NCBI RefSeq assembly: GCF_018350175.1
Contig: NC_058382.1
Span: 59,212,001-59,276,000, forward strand
Length of the DNA stretch: 64,000 nt
From: Felis catus
Lineage: Eukaryota
Reading direction: 5' to 3'
A program made the translations under genes and the position numbers. The notes below the pieces were generated by a model that saw nothing but the letters and a program-made list of their open reading frames with translations, was not told where the DNA came from and made no database searches. Shown here one piece after another: positions 1-12,252 of this stretch. Each line of letters opens with the position of its first letter. Within the stretch, counting starts at the first letter, position 1.

Positions 1-76
1 CGCTTACGCTCCTCACGTTGGCTGATAGGTGTGAGCTAGCACTGGGGTTAACATTTAAAATTTAAAATTTAATTTA

Positions 77-295
77 GGGGCGCTTGGGTGGCTCAGTCGG
101 TTGAGCGTCCGACTTCAGCTCAGCTCATGATCTCGCGCTTCGTGGGTTCGAGCCCCGCGTCGGGCTCGGTGCCGACAGCTCGGAGCCTGGAGCCTGCTTC
201 CCATTCTGTGTCTCCCTCTCTCTCCCCTCTCCTGCTAGCGCTCTGTTCTCTCTCTGTCTCAAAAATAAACGTTAAAAAATTTTAAAAATAAAAAT
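77..295 (+). mobile_element. CAN-SINE (SINEC_Fc-type, feliform tRNA-derived SINE)
   Basis: GGGGCGCTTGGGTGGCTCAGTCGGTTGAGCGTCCGACTTCAGCTCAG head with A box, B box GTTCGAGCC, GGAGCCTGGAGCCTGCTTC, CT-rich tract, AATAAA and A-rich tail; sits in AT-rich TTAAAA-containing flanks. Confidence 0.95.
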
Positions 296-2824
296 TAGAT
301 TTAAAATTAAATTTAAAATTAAATTTGAAATTTGCTCTGGTTGCCCAACTTGGCTTCTCTAAATGACTACGTTGCCCACAAGACCGGACCACCAAGGTGG
401 TGGCTTCATACACAGTATGTCTGGGTCAACATACAGAGTGGGGTCGATGCTCAATTCAGTCAGTGAAACAAGAGCCAAGGGTACTCTGGAAAGTCATCAA
501 AGTCGCCCTCAAAAGATAGGACCGGGGTGCTCGGAAAACTCGAAAATCTAAGAAGTCACTTCTTGTGTTTGTCTATGAATTTTGGCTGTGGCCCTTTCCC
601 TGGGGCTGGTCTGGTTAAAACAGGGGGAAAGGAATTCGAAACATGACTTCTTTTCAAACACGTGTAATCGGATTCCGGTCCCAGAAACGCGCGTGTGCGT
701 GTGCACTACGATGCCGCTGGACAGCAGGGCTGACGGACCGGAGGGAATCCCCGCCCCCCCTCCCCCCCATTTACACCAGCCCTCCCTGCCCCCATCCCTC
801 CCCCGCCCCCCATCTAATGGACACGCTCTGGCCATTCATCTTTCCAAAGTGGGAACATCAGTGCGGGAAGAGGAGGAAGAATCAACAAACAGGCAGCCTC
901 AGAGCAGGCCACTTGGAGAGCGCTGGAAACCCACCAGGCAGGACCACTGCTCAGTGGCAGGGGCGTGGTCCTGGCCGCTGGGGTGTGGATGCAAACCTCA
1001 CAAACGGCTCTTTGTCGCCCTGCCGGGGAGCTGGGGCGTCCCGTGAGCTGCAACACACACACACACCCACTGGATTAAGAGCCGTCAGACTGGTTCCCAA
1101 AGCAAACACTGAGTTAATTTTTCCAGCATATTCCTTTCATGTCTGGGCTGCTTCAGGCTTCGCTGGGTCACTGGGCTCTTTGTTGCTGGCTTTGCCGTAG
1201 CCCCCCGTCCCCCTCCGCCTCTCACTGGCTCCTGGAGTCCTCTCCCCTCGACACCCGGGCCCTGATACACTGTTCCGTTTCACGGGAGGGGTGAGAAGAG
1301 CCCCCAAAGAGACCGGCCTTTGAAATCTGGGAGCCTGTGCCCACGAGCTCCCTGGGATCCCATTTCTCTGGGCCCCTGGCACGTGCTGGCCCGTGAGAGT
1401 CGGGTCTTCATTTCAGGACACTCCCGGCACCTGCCTTGCGCTTCTGGCTCCCATGCCTCCCCTAATGGGGACTGTCTGATCAGCCACCCCACCCCCCAAA
1501 CCCTCTGGAAGCATGGCAGGGGCTGCCCACGGCCCTCAGATCACGGCCACGGTCCTCCACGAGGCTTACGGGCCCTGCCACTCTTCCCGGATACTCTGAA
1601 CAAACTGCAGGTCCCCGAGTGTCCCCTTTCTTCCTGCCACAACACAAGAGGAAACCCAGTTGCCATCTGTGTAAGTTAGAGTCCAAACGGGAGAGTTGAA
1701 AACGCACTGAATATTGAAAACAGACGAATTAATGCAGGGCACTGGCTGCCCAAGTGACGGGACAGGACGCCAGCCAGAGGACAGCGAGGCGGCCCGCAGA
1801 TGAACGCACAGCCCAGAACCCCGCCCTGGCCTCGGGGGTCCAAGGCTCCGCTCGGCCACTGCCCCTTCTCAAGCCAGGCCCCCAAGGACCCCCACACCCA
1901 AGATGTCCCGAGTTCCTCCTTTCGAGTCTGACTTTGCCCACCCCACCGGCCGGCGCCTCCCTCTGCGACAGGGTGTCCGGGGAGGGGGGGTCGGGGGGGA
2001 GTGGTGAGGAGGCGGGCTGCGCGAGAGCCTGGGAGACGCCAGGCGCTCCAGAGAAGAGCCGCGGAAAGCTGTGGCCCCCAGGGTTTCCCTGAAGATGACT
2101 TTCTGAAGAGAGAGCTAGAGAGGCCTTCACTTCCCGCCCAAGGTCACTTCACCGACAGCGGGACCCGCACGCGAGACAGGAAGGCGATCAGGGACCAACT
2201 CTCCCAGCAAGCTGTCCGTCTTCCCCATCTTCCTGCTGGTTTCTCAGAGGAGGACGCCGGGGCTCTAGCAGGGACCCTGGCCAAAGGTTCACGGGAAAAG
2301 ATCAGAGTCCGTGCTTTTCAAAGGAAGGCAACTCAAAGGGCTGGCTTCCTGCCCCCCAGGGGTGAGGCCCCATCCCACCCTGTGGCCACAACAGGGCTGG
2401 TAGCCACACCTCCAGCTCCCATCTGGGGGAAATTAACTATAATCTGATGCTCCAAAGGCTCCTGAACGTCTCTCCTTCCGTCACCCTCCGTGCTCCAGCA
2501 ACACGAGCCTGCTAAGGTTTCCTGAATATTCTATGCCGTTCCAGGGTTGAGCACCGGGAGGCTGTCGCATCAGCCTGGAATGGGCTTCTTGCCTTTGGCT
2601 GCACTGTTCAGCTCGGATTCTGCCTTTTTCCGGAAGGTTTTCACGCCCTGCCCCTTTCTGCCATCCCCACCCTCTCGCACAGTACTCGGAAGACAGTAGG
2701 CACTTGATGACGTGATAACCATCAGTAACTATCCAGAACTGTCCAGTGAAAGCAGACAACGGGCACTCAACAAAGAACCGACATAAAAACTGAAATTGGT
2801 TTCAGTGCGAAGGATATTGAGGTG

Positions 2825-2975
2825 TGGGCTCTCGGTTCTGGCTGCACCTGGGGGAGGACAGCTTGTTCGAAACACACTGACGCTGGGAACCTCCCCCAAC
2901 CACCCAGATTAGAACGTCACTGGAACTTTCTGAAAGTTCTCAAGCTGAATTCAATTAGCCAAGAGTGAGATCACT
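2825..2975. mobile_element. Degenerate MER5B-like hAT-Charlie MITE
   Basis: GGCTCTC..CTGGCTGCAC...GCTTGTT..AAACAC..GCTGGG...CCCAGATT...AGCCAAGAGTGAGATCACT resembles the MER5B layout. Confidence 0.4.
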
Positions 2976-3155
2976 CATCCTTGCTGGAGGATACAAACAT
3001 GAGGAAGGCATGGTAGTCCTTCCTTCGAGGCTCTGACATGACCCAGCTGATTTTTTTTCTCCAAGACGGGAAAAGATTTTTTTTTTTCTCAAAGTGGGGT
3101 CCCAGGGACACCAGCAAAGCCTCACCTGAGAACTTGTTACAAATGCAGATTCTCA

Positions 3156-3374
3156 GGGGAGCCTGGGTGGCTCAGTCGGTTGGGCGTCCGACTTGGGCTC
3201 AGGTCATGATCTCACGTCTCGGGAGTTCGAGCCCCGCGTCGGGCTCCGTGCCAACAGCTCGGAGCCTGGAGCCTGCTTCGGATTCTGTGTCTCCCTCTCT
3301 CTCTGCCCCTTCCCCACTTGCACTCTCTGTCTCTCAAATATAAATAAACATTTAAAAAAAGAGAAAAAAAAAAA
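3156..3374 (+). mobile_element. CAN-SINE (SINEC_Fc-type)
   Basis: GGGGAGCCTGGGTGGCTCAGTCGG head, B box GTTCGAGCC, CT tract, AATAAA and A tail; flanked by AAATGCAGATTCT / AAACGCAGATTCT target duplication. Confidence 0.95.
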
Positions 3375-3389
3375 GAAACGCAGATTCTA

Positions 3390-3505
3390 GGGGCTCCGGG
3401 CTGGCTCAGTCGGTGGAGCATGAGACTCGATCTCGGGGTTGTGGGTTCCAGCCCCACGCTGGGTGGAGAGCTTGCTTAAAAACTAAAAAAAAAAAAAAAA
3501 AAAAA
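3390..3505 (+). mobile_element. Short CAN-SINE (SINEC_c-type, no CT tract)
   Basis: GGGGCTCCGGGCTGGCTCAGTCGGTGGAGCATGAGACTCGATCTCGGGGTTGTGGGTTCCAGCCCCACGCTGGGTGGAGAG..CTTAAAAA followed by A21. Confidence 0.9.
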
Positions 3506-3639
3506 TTGTAAAGTACAGATTCTAGAGCTCCATCTAAGAACTGCTGTGTCAGAGTCTGCGGGGAGGGTTGGACACCTGTGTTTTCACATGACCTGCAGGG
3601 GTCCAGGGTGTGCTAGAGTTTGAGAACCTCAGCTCAACG

Positions 3640-3785
3640 GCTTGTTTTTCAACATGTGACTCACTCACAGCCGTATCAGAAATGCCAGATATTATGAACA
3701 TGTAGATTCCTGAACCCCTTTTTGGTGCAGATGACTCAGAGCCTAGGGGCTGGGAGAAGAATCTCACATTTTACCAGCAGTTGGG
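3640..3785. mobile_element. Degenerate MER5-family MITE
   Basis: TTTTTCAACATGTG...ATGTAGATTCCTGAACCCC...TGACTCAGAGCCTAGGGGCTGGG...AATCTCACATTTTACCAGC matches the MER5 core. Confidence 0.5.
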
Positions 3786-4949
3786 AGGACAGAGCCACAT
3801 CTTACAGCTTCCTGGGTGAGCCTTAGCTTACGGACAGCCGGTAAAAGTTCCAATAAATGCCTCCCACCCCGCCTCGGAGCATAGACTTTGGCAAATTAAA
3901 GGACAGTCGGAAAGCTGGGTCTGTCTACTTCTCGTGCACGTGTCTTCAGCTCTCCTCCGTGCCCCGGGACTTAGGGTATCCTGGAAGGCTGCCCAAGTCC
4001 CATCTTGGAAGTCTCTTTGGTTTGGCCAATGCCCAGCTTCCCCCGGCACCTGAAGCAGGGGGAGCCCAGGAGTCCCACCCCCACTGTCTCCATGCAAATA
4101 CCTTTTCTGCACCTCCTGCGTGAGGAAGGGACCTCTTCCTCCAGGGGAGACGGGCCGTCACCACTAACCGACGACAGACACCTATGAAGGTATCGCCTGG
4201 GACTCCGAATTAACTTGTAGCTCCACATCTGAGACCAGATAGCTGTCAAAACTTCTATCAAACACACATTTAATAATCAGGAGACACCCTGTGGTGAGTG
4301 GGAGCAGGGCCAGTGGCAGAGTTGAGATTTCATTTTTGTGCACATTTCAGCAAACACATGAGCTTTTCAGCTGCTAACTCGGCAAGTGTAAATATATCCC
4401 GCGTTCCATTTTTATTCCATCGGCGAGGCAGCGCCAGACCTAAAGGGAAATGGGGAACCGTCCCGCCAAGGACGGCAGAGGCCCCTGCTCCTTTTCCTGT
4501 TGATGCTGTCGCCATGGAGACCGAGCCAAGCTGCCCCTTGGGATGCGCCAGCGGAAAGTTCGCGTCGGGCTCCAACCAGCTGCCTGAAAAGTACCTGCTC
4601 ACCTCAGCGCGGCGCCCTCGGGGGCTTGTTAACCAGAGAACTTTAGGTCCCAGGCTTTGTGGGTGGGCAAGAATGTGCCTGTGGGGAAGACCAGCCACTT
4701 CCAGATTTAGGAAGGAAAGCATTTAGCCGTCAAAGCACCTGGTGATCCCCGCTGGGCACAGCGCATGCTGCATTTTTTGCCCCTTAGCGCCTCGGTACGA
4801 CAAAAGACGACCAAAGCCCCGTTGGTAACCACGCTGCAGACTGGACAGACCCGGGACAGAGTGGCTAGGGCCGTGGTCTTCGAACGAGGTTCCAAGGAAC
4901 CCCAAGACGCCTCAAGGAGCCAGTGGGGCGAAGGGGCTGGGGTGTCTGC

Positions 4950-5118
4950 TGAACACTGGTTGGGTGACTTTGGGCACCACGAACTCCCTTCTCTACCCCT
5001 CACTCTCCTCATCTGTAAAATGGAGGCGATGTGGCTACTTTGCTTTGCAGAGGCGTCGCGGAAAGTAAATGAAACACCGCCTAGGCACACAGGGGCGGTC
5101 TACTGCTCCCGTATTAGC
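4950..5118 (+). mobile_element. MIR SINE fragment
   Basis: GGGTGACTTTGGGCA...CTCCTCATCTGTAAAATGG core. Confidence 0.7.
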
Positions 5119-5559
5119 GGGGGGCTGACTCGGCAGAGGGGGCACGGGGCATTTCGGGAGAAAGAACGGGCAAACCACAGGCCAGGCGGCAGGGGTGTGC
5201 GTGCGCGCGCTGAGGAAGACGCGTGGCCCACGTGCACGGAGGGCGTTCCCCGGCTTCCGCCCCCCACCCTCGGCCAGTCCTCCTCTTTTCCAGAACAGCC
5301 CGACTTCTTTCGTTTGCACCTGGGCACCCACCCTGGTCTGTGCCAAGCAAATGAGTGTCTCCACAGCGTCTTCTTGGATTTCGGGCGAGGACATACTCGA
5401 GAAAAGAAACAGAATGACCTCCAGCAACCCCAGGAAGTCCTGGGAAGGGCAGATCAAGCGGTTTTGTGATTCCTAGTGGCGATCGGGGCAATAACAACGC
5501 CTTCAGTAGCAGCGCCCCCCCCCCCCAGTCTTCTGCCCCTCCCGTCACCCTCCATCACG

Positions 5560-5675
5560 TGCCATCATTACCCCCGCTTTGCAGACAGGGAAGAAACTGA
5601 AGCACGGGAAGAGACACTTGTCCCGGGACGCACACCTGGGGCCTGTTGGGATGTGAACCCAGGCTCCGCGGCTGT
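5560..5675 (-). mobile_element. MIR SINE fragment
   Basis: ATTACCCCCGCTTTGCAGACAGGGAAGAAACTGAAGCAC...TGAACCCAGG (reverse MIR core). Confidence 0.6.
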
Positions 5676-7100
5676 CACTTTTGGTCACAGATGTCTCTCT
5701 ATCAGTTTCGGCACCAAGGGGTGGCTTCAGGGCTCCTTCGGCACCACCCACTCTCCCTCCGTCCTCACCGAGACAATGTTAATGAAGGCGATGGTGGCGG
5801 CCGCTCTGGATCCCACAGTGGTGAGGGAGGCTGGGAGTGACAGTGCGAGAGCTGCGCACTTTGCCTTTTTGCACACAATCTGTGTTCTTTTAGGACAAAG
5901 GAAGGTGAGATCGTTGGTGTCGACACTCCTTTTGGCATTGGAAAAAATGATGCCGGTTTGCACTAACGTCATTACGGCCCAGCCTTCCCCACTGAGGGCC
6001 TTCGTGAGCTAGGTCGTGGTCTCACATTCCCTTTGGGGACCACAATATTAAAAGGCGCATCTGGAGGCAAGGCCAGGGATAGAGAGAAGGAGAGCTGTGT
6101 CTTTTCTGAAGGCAAGAGAAATTTCTCAGTCCTTTTCATTCCAGAGTGAGGGTCCAAATTCTTGGCAGTGATCCACCTGGACACCTTACCAGCTCGGTAG
6201 AGGGTTGAGGGGTGTGGAAAGGACTGTTTTCATTCATTAGACTTCACTCGTTCGGGATCCATGCTCCCTCTAAATTCCTCGCCAACACGGGTCCTCTAAG
6301 GCATTAAGGATCATGCCTAATGAGAAGGAGATTCCCATCTCCCGGCGCATCCTGTTCATTGAGAGAAGACAGCCCTTGTCACTTCAAGGAAGCTTCAACA
6401 GGGCAAATGCACCGCTTTGGAATCCATCAGACACACCAAGGAAACCCAGTATCATCCTCAGGTCTTGGAAAGTCTTCCCAGAGATGTTGCAAAGTAGGTC
6501 TCCAGCAGTTGCCCACGTCCGGGGGGTGGGGAGGGGTGTGTTTGCTCTTCTGTCTGGAAGCCTCAGACTCTTACATCCCTGTCCTGTTGCCCCAAAGACA
6601 CACACAGCTCTGTTCCCTCCCTTTCCAGCCTGCCGTGGAGGCAGGTCCCAACACGGTGCCGAAATCGGAGCCAGGAAAGGCCGAGAGGCCTGATTCGTGA
6701 GAGAGGAGCTCGAACCCCGTCGTTGCCTTAGCAAAGCAGGAGGAACACGCCAGGAAAGGAAGGCAGACCCCCAGGCCCACGCTCTGTCGGGTCCACTTGT
6801 GAAGCCCTCGTGTGTCCCCTTCATAGGCACCAGCTCCAAAAATGGCGGGAAAGGCGTACTGCAGTCAGGGGCCGCCCCGATTTCCAGAGCTGCACCTCTG
6901 CTGGCAGGTGACTCATCACAAGGGGGCTCCCGCGGTCACAAAAACAAATGCAAAAATCATGCATTTCTTATTGGAAATACAAGTTGGGGCTTCCTCTCCT
7001 TGCTGTTCTCTCCAAATTCAAGGAGATAGCCAAGGGGATACCATTTTCCCCAAGAGAATGTCACCCTTCTATCCAGGGACTCAGAAATCTGTAGGTGCCC

Positions 7101-7228
7101 CTCACTCATTCACTGATTCAATAAATACACCGAACACCTTTGCACCAGGTATAGTTCAAGACAATGAGGCACAGCAGGGAACGAGACAGATTAAGTCCCT
7201 GCCCTCGTGGAGCTTACATTCCAACAGC
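7101..7228 (-). mobile_element. L2 LINE 3' end fragment
   Basis: CTCATTCACTGATTCAATAAATAC...CCAGG...AGTCCCTGCCCTCGTGGAGCTTACATTC. Confidence 0.7.
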
Positions 7229-8193
7229 AAAGTGGTGTGGAACACAGTGCCGGGGGGGGGGGGGGGCAATGCTCTGAAGGGGGCATTTTTCTCAGTAAGG
7301 GGCCGTAAACAGAGCGGACACATGGCCACCTTGACAGCTAAAGTGAATCGACTGTCTGACTGCAAACAGTAGTTTTCCTGAATGGATGGAATGAACTGAG
7401 TACAGAGTACTCACCACCAAAGTGGTTCAATCTTTCTACGTTCATGATGTAGAAATGCAGTGCGTTCTGATCAACCCCACACTTTCGCTACAGGGTCAGT
7501 GGAAGTCAAGGGATTGAGCTTTAAGTGGAAGGACCTGGTGTTATTTCTTTACAACACCTCCAGGAATGACAGATCCATTTCATGTCACCGACTTCCAGCA
7601 GTCAGTCCTGAATCCCAGATACCCTGTGTCAAGGGGAAATGTGACTGTAGCTGCAGATTCTGTGTAAGAAGGTCACTAAGGCCCGCCCAGGCCCCGGAGA
7701 AGACGCAGCAAACGAGTAGATGGTGTCTTGGCCCCAGGTCTAGACTAGCAGTGCCACCTACGATGCTGAACCCTCCAGAAGATCTCAAATTAATAGAATT
7801 CTTTTTAAAATCTGTGTATAAAGTTAAAGGATGTGTGTTACACAAGGTACGTATCTCACAACCCTGCGGGAAGAGGAAGGGGTAGAACGGTGTCAGCTGC
7901 TAAAAATATGCTACAGACCCTCCTAATGTTTCACAATTTTCCAAAGGGTGGACCCATCGCGCTGATTAGAGGCAGGAAGGGGAATAGGGTGGCAAGTATG
8001 TATGTTCCATTTCTAGAATTCACAATTCAGAAGTCAGTTTCCTTGTTTGGGGGGAAAATGTGTAAAATCGATACATCACAAGGGAGAAAGGAAAGTTACC
8101 GCATTTACGATGTCAGGCTCACAACTCTCCCAGCATGAACACTGTAGCACTTTGATGAGGAGACGCTCCATGCGCTTTGGGTCACTAACGGTT

Positions 8194-8417
8194 GCCGTCA
8201 TTATCACCGTCGTTATCATCGTCCTCACCATCACCACCACGGTCACCATCAGCCCCGCCATCATCACCACCTCCATCATTATCATCATCACCATCATCCC
8301 CATCATCATTACCAGCATCACCACCATCACCATCGTTGTCACCACCATCAACACCATTGTCACCACCGTCATCACCACCATCGCCATCACCATCATCACC
8401 ATCAGCCACAGCAGCAC

Positions 8418-8455
<38 letters not shown>

Positions 8456-8480
8456 AGGGCGTCATCATTACGATTACTGT
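8194..8480. repeat. Compound (CAT/CAC)n trinucleotide tract
   Basis: About 290 bp of ATC/ACC/GTC triplets ending in a pure (CAT)n run near 8418-8454. Confidence 0.95.
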
Positions 8481-9025
8481 AATTAATACCAAGAGCTAGC
8501 CCAGGGTGTGCAATTCTAAAGCTGCCCGAGACATGTCAACAGGGGCAGGCACAGCGGGGAACCTCGTAAACCGGTGCCTTTCTCTTTGGCTCACCCTTTA
8601 CACAGTCACAGGCAACCAGGAGCCCAGCATTTCAGGCACCAGCTGTAGCGTCACCTCTGTCCCCGAGTCCTACCCAGAGCCTGACCTCACAAGTCAATTA
8701 CAGCTGTTTGCACGGTGCTCGTCAGCTTCCAGCATCCACCCCGGCCCAGCTTTCAACAAAGGGTGGATTCCTGTGACCTCTAGTCTTTATTACCAGCTGG
8801 TTCCGATTAGAGATGAACCAGTAAAACAAGAAGTAATACAGTCGCAGTGTGCTCCTAAATGTAGCACTTTTCCATGTGTTTTGATTTACCGGTTGGCCAA
8901 TGAAACCCAGCCCTTCCACAAGGTGTGTTCCATACCTCACATGTTTTGCTTATTTCGGGAACGCGGCTTTTTAGAGACTTTTCTGAAAAAAGAGGGGGAT
9001 GACTTAGGTTTGATAATATCTCTTG

Positions 9026-9027
<2 letters not shown>

Positions 9028-9072
<45 letters not shown>

Positions 9073-9355
9073 AGAGAGAGAGAGTGGGAGAGACAGAGAG
9101 AGAGACTTTGTGCAGGTGTGTCAATGGTGTTTGTGTGTGAATGCGTGTGGGTGAAAATATGTGAGTGGTATGTGAGTGTCGGTGTATCTGTGTGAGTGCT
9201 TATAAAAGTGTGTGAGTGTGTGCGGTTGCGTGTGGACCGTGGGGGTGTGTGAGCATGTGCTTGCAAAAGTGTGCATGTGGGTGTGTGCAAGTGTGTGGAC
9301 GTGTGGGTGCATGTGAATATGTGGGTGTGTGACCGTGTGGGTGTGTGAGTGTGCA
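9028..9355. repeat. (GT)21 + (GA)n compound microsatellite followed by degenerate TG tract
   Basis: Perfect GT 9028-9069, GA-rich 9072-9105, degenerate TG to about 9355. Confidence 0.95.
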
Positions 9356-10180
9356 CGATGTTCTGGGTCAGGAAGTCAGAAGATGGGTCTCTCCGGCAGG
9401 GTATTAGGCAATGACTCGGAGCACCGATATCTCTACGAACACTGCCTGTCTGTGCCCTTGGTAAATAGCCCATGCGTGCAAGAAGAAACGTACACCATGG
9501 ATGTTCCCTCCCTCATTTCCTAGTGGGCCTCCCCTCCTAAGCATCTACTTGCCGCCTGCTTTTCAGTGCCCTCCTGAAGGGAGCTGTGACCCAGCAGTTC
9601 TCCCTGCCCTCGTGCTGGATGGAGCTGTTGACCATTTAAGCCGTGTGGCTCCCACGCTGGGTAGAGAAAAGGCCTCAGAGAGTGTCTGTGGGGCTCCAGC
9701 TGGCATGGAGCACAGTGTCTTAAACACGAGGAACTCTGCACAACTAAGATGCTCTGGTTCCATCAGAAGACCCCCAACTCAGTCTAGCACGGGAGACTGG
9801 GTGATGGAGGGAAGATCCCTCACCCACAGAGCCCACGTGTCCCCCGCTCCTTGCGTCCGCGTCTCTGCTCCCCAGGACAGTCTGCTCCCCTCCACGCGCT
9901 GTCCACAGGGAACCCCCTCCAAGTGCTGTGCTCGCATTCGGCTGGCGCTTAGTGCACGTCTGTGTGCTGAGTGCATGACAGGGGAGGGCTTGGGGAGAGT
10001 TTCCACAGGGGGTGGATTTGAGCCGGTGTCGTGGATTCTGTTGGGGGAGAGAAAGGGCCTTGGGTGGTGTTGGAATCACAAACTGGAAGGAAACTTGGAG
10101 ACGGCCCAGCCCGGCCCCGTGCGAAGCAACAAGCACTGTGCCTTTGAGAACCGGGCATTTCAAGCTATAATCCGTCCACT

Positions 10181-10310
10181 ATTCATTCATTCATTCATTC
10201 ATGCATTCACTGACTCAGAAATGAATCTACAGTGATGAGTACTACGAGTCCCAGCCCTCACGGAGTTTTCCTTAGAGGGGAAAACGGAGACTCAGCAAAT
10301 GGACAAGTCA
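10181..10310 (-). mobile_element. L2 LINE 3' end fragment
   Basis: (ATTC)n tail then GAGTCCCAGCCCTCACGGAGTTT...AGAGGGG. Confidence 0.55.
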
Positions 10311-12061
10311 AACAGCAGGAGGCACCATTAAAGGCCGTGGCAGGCATGGGGAGAAACAGAGCGCTGGGGGTGGCAAGGGGAGGTGTCCCAGAAAGTCACA
10401 ACCAAGCCAAACCTTAGGAGGAGCCGTCCAGGGAGACACGGCAGCAAGTGAAGGGGGGGCCCCCAGGGGCGGCCGGCTACAAAACCACTGCGTGAGAGTC
10501 AACTTACCTAAAGCCGGCGACCCGGAACAGCTCAGGCCTCTAGGTGTGTGGGTGGTTATGGCCCCTGGGCAGATGTGGGACTGGGGAAGTCATCAGGCAC
10601 TTTGGTTTGCTTGAACATGATTGCCCATTAAAATGTAATAGTGCAGACTTTTTCTCCATTTCTCTTAAACTTAGCAAGTTTTTGCTGGCATGCAAGGAAG
10701 GAAAATCAATCCAGTACAAATATTCCTTACTCGTAATTTTGCAGAAAGACAATGTGCAGAGGAAATGCCCGGTTGCTTCCTTTTCCAGAGGGTCACTGCA
10801 GCGGTGTGAACCTGTCTCTCATCTGATCACAGCGTCCCCCTGGCCCAGAAGTGGCACTTGGCTGCATTGTCACTTTCAGTAGGAGAATGGAAATAAGGTC
10901 AATCTTCCCACCGGGCCAACCTGTCAAAAGAGAGCACGTTATTGTTCTAAGGTAGTTCAAAGGCGGGTGGAAAAAAATCCCTACAAAAGCAGGCAGGAGT
11001 TTATTAAAACCCCACAGAGTATAAAGGTGCAGACGCAGCAGTTCAGCCCTGGGCGTGGTTCCTGGGCTAACTTTTTTCTGCTCCCGCATCAAGAGCCTCC
11101 ACTGGATGGAAGCACCAGGCAGACAGAGCGAGCCAAAGTTCTCGGGGGGCGTGAGCAAGCCTCGCCTTACACCTCCCGGCAAATGGGACAGCGTCCTGGG
11201 AGAAGGCTGTGTGTTACGTCTATATTAGGACTGTTTTCATTTCTCACCATTGCCAGTAGGACAGCCGTTACCCAAAAGCTGAGGGTGAGGCTTCCCAACC
11301 TGCTCTTGGACAGCCAGTATTCAATGCCCACCTGCCACGTGTCTGGCAAGGAACACAGCCGGGGACTCAAGCATCCTGCCTCGAGAGATCCGTGCTGGGG
11401 GCACAGGGAGCTTTTTCTGGGGAAAGTGGCACCTGGGCTGGGACTGTGTCACTTGTATTGTTGTACTCAATGACAAGAGTTTCCTGTTGAAAGCTTAGAG
11501 AATAACAATGAGCCAAAAGAACATAGAAATCACTCAAAATTATGGTGCTCATATAATTTATTATCCAAACTGAGACATTCTGGCAATGGGAGGGGGCACT
11601 GTGAATAATGACGCCAGATGCTAGGCATAAACCAAGGCTGACTGGGGCCAACCAAGACATGCGGGCACCTTATTTTTAATACCGCTCTCAGGGGTGGCCA
11701 CTGTTGACATTCCGGCGTTCGCTCTTCTGCAACCCTGGCGATAGAGGATCAAGTCTGATACTGCTTGAATTCTTGAGAACTGTCCAGCCAAGCACCACAT
11801 TTATGTCATGGTCCTTACAGCAGAATAGAACCAGGGAGTTTTCAAGAAAGAGGTCAAATGCATGGGTGTGTGGGGTGTATGGCCTTCCATGGCTGTGCCT
11901 CATCGGGGTAAAAGCCAGGTAAACAGCAAGATCCCGAAATTTTAGGCCTGTGCTCAGCAGTCAAGCTGATCTCCCATTGAACGGCCACCGTCTAACACTA
12001 ACCAGAGGGTGGTTCCCTGAGACCTGCTTTCATTGCCTCCGTCAGATGAAGTTTGTACCTG

Positions 12062-12252
12062 CTGATGGTAATGCTGCTGCTGCTGCTGGTGTTGATGGCG
12101 ATGACGATAGTAACGGTGACGGTGACAGTGATGATGGTAATGGTGGTGACGGTGCTGCTGACGGGGATGGGGATGATGATGATGATGATGATGGCGGTGA
12201 GAGGGGTGATGATGGGGATGGGGATGGTGGTGGTGACGGTGGTGACAATGAA
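12062..12252. repeat. Compound (GAT/GGT)n trinucleotide tract
   Basis: GAT/GGT/GAC/GCT triplets for about 190 bp. Confidence 0.95.

Larger units (their letters stand above)
3085..3632. mobile_element. MER5A-like hAT-Charlie MITE split by two CAN-SINE insertions
   Basis: TTCTCAAAGTGGGGTCCC...CACCTGAGAACTTGTTACAAATGCAGATTCTC before the SINEs, resuming ...CAGATTCT...AGTTTGAGAACC after them; terminal inverted ends TTCTCAAA/TTTGAGAA. Confidence 0.75.

Noticed and set aside
77..160. tRNA gene (A and B boxes), likewise at the other SINE heads
   Set aside because: tRNA-derived head of a CAN-SINE followed by SINE body, CT tract and A tail.
4765..6012. ORFs of 234 aa and 178 aa, and many similar 100-290-aa ORFs across the window
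   Set aside because: They run through MIR/L2/LTR relics, overlap on both strands and show no protein family I recognise; this is expected in GC-rich DNA. Short host exons or lncRNA exons cannot be excluded without RNA-seq or homology search.
8047..8499. Hydrophobic Ile/Thr or Met/Val ORFs resembling membrane proteins (also 12053-12337)
   Set aside because: Trinucleotide-repeat artefacts.
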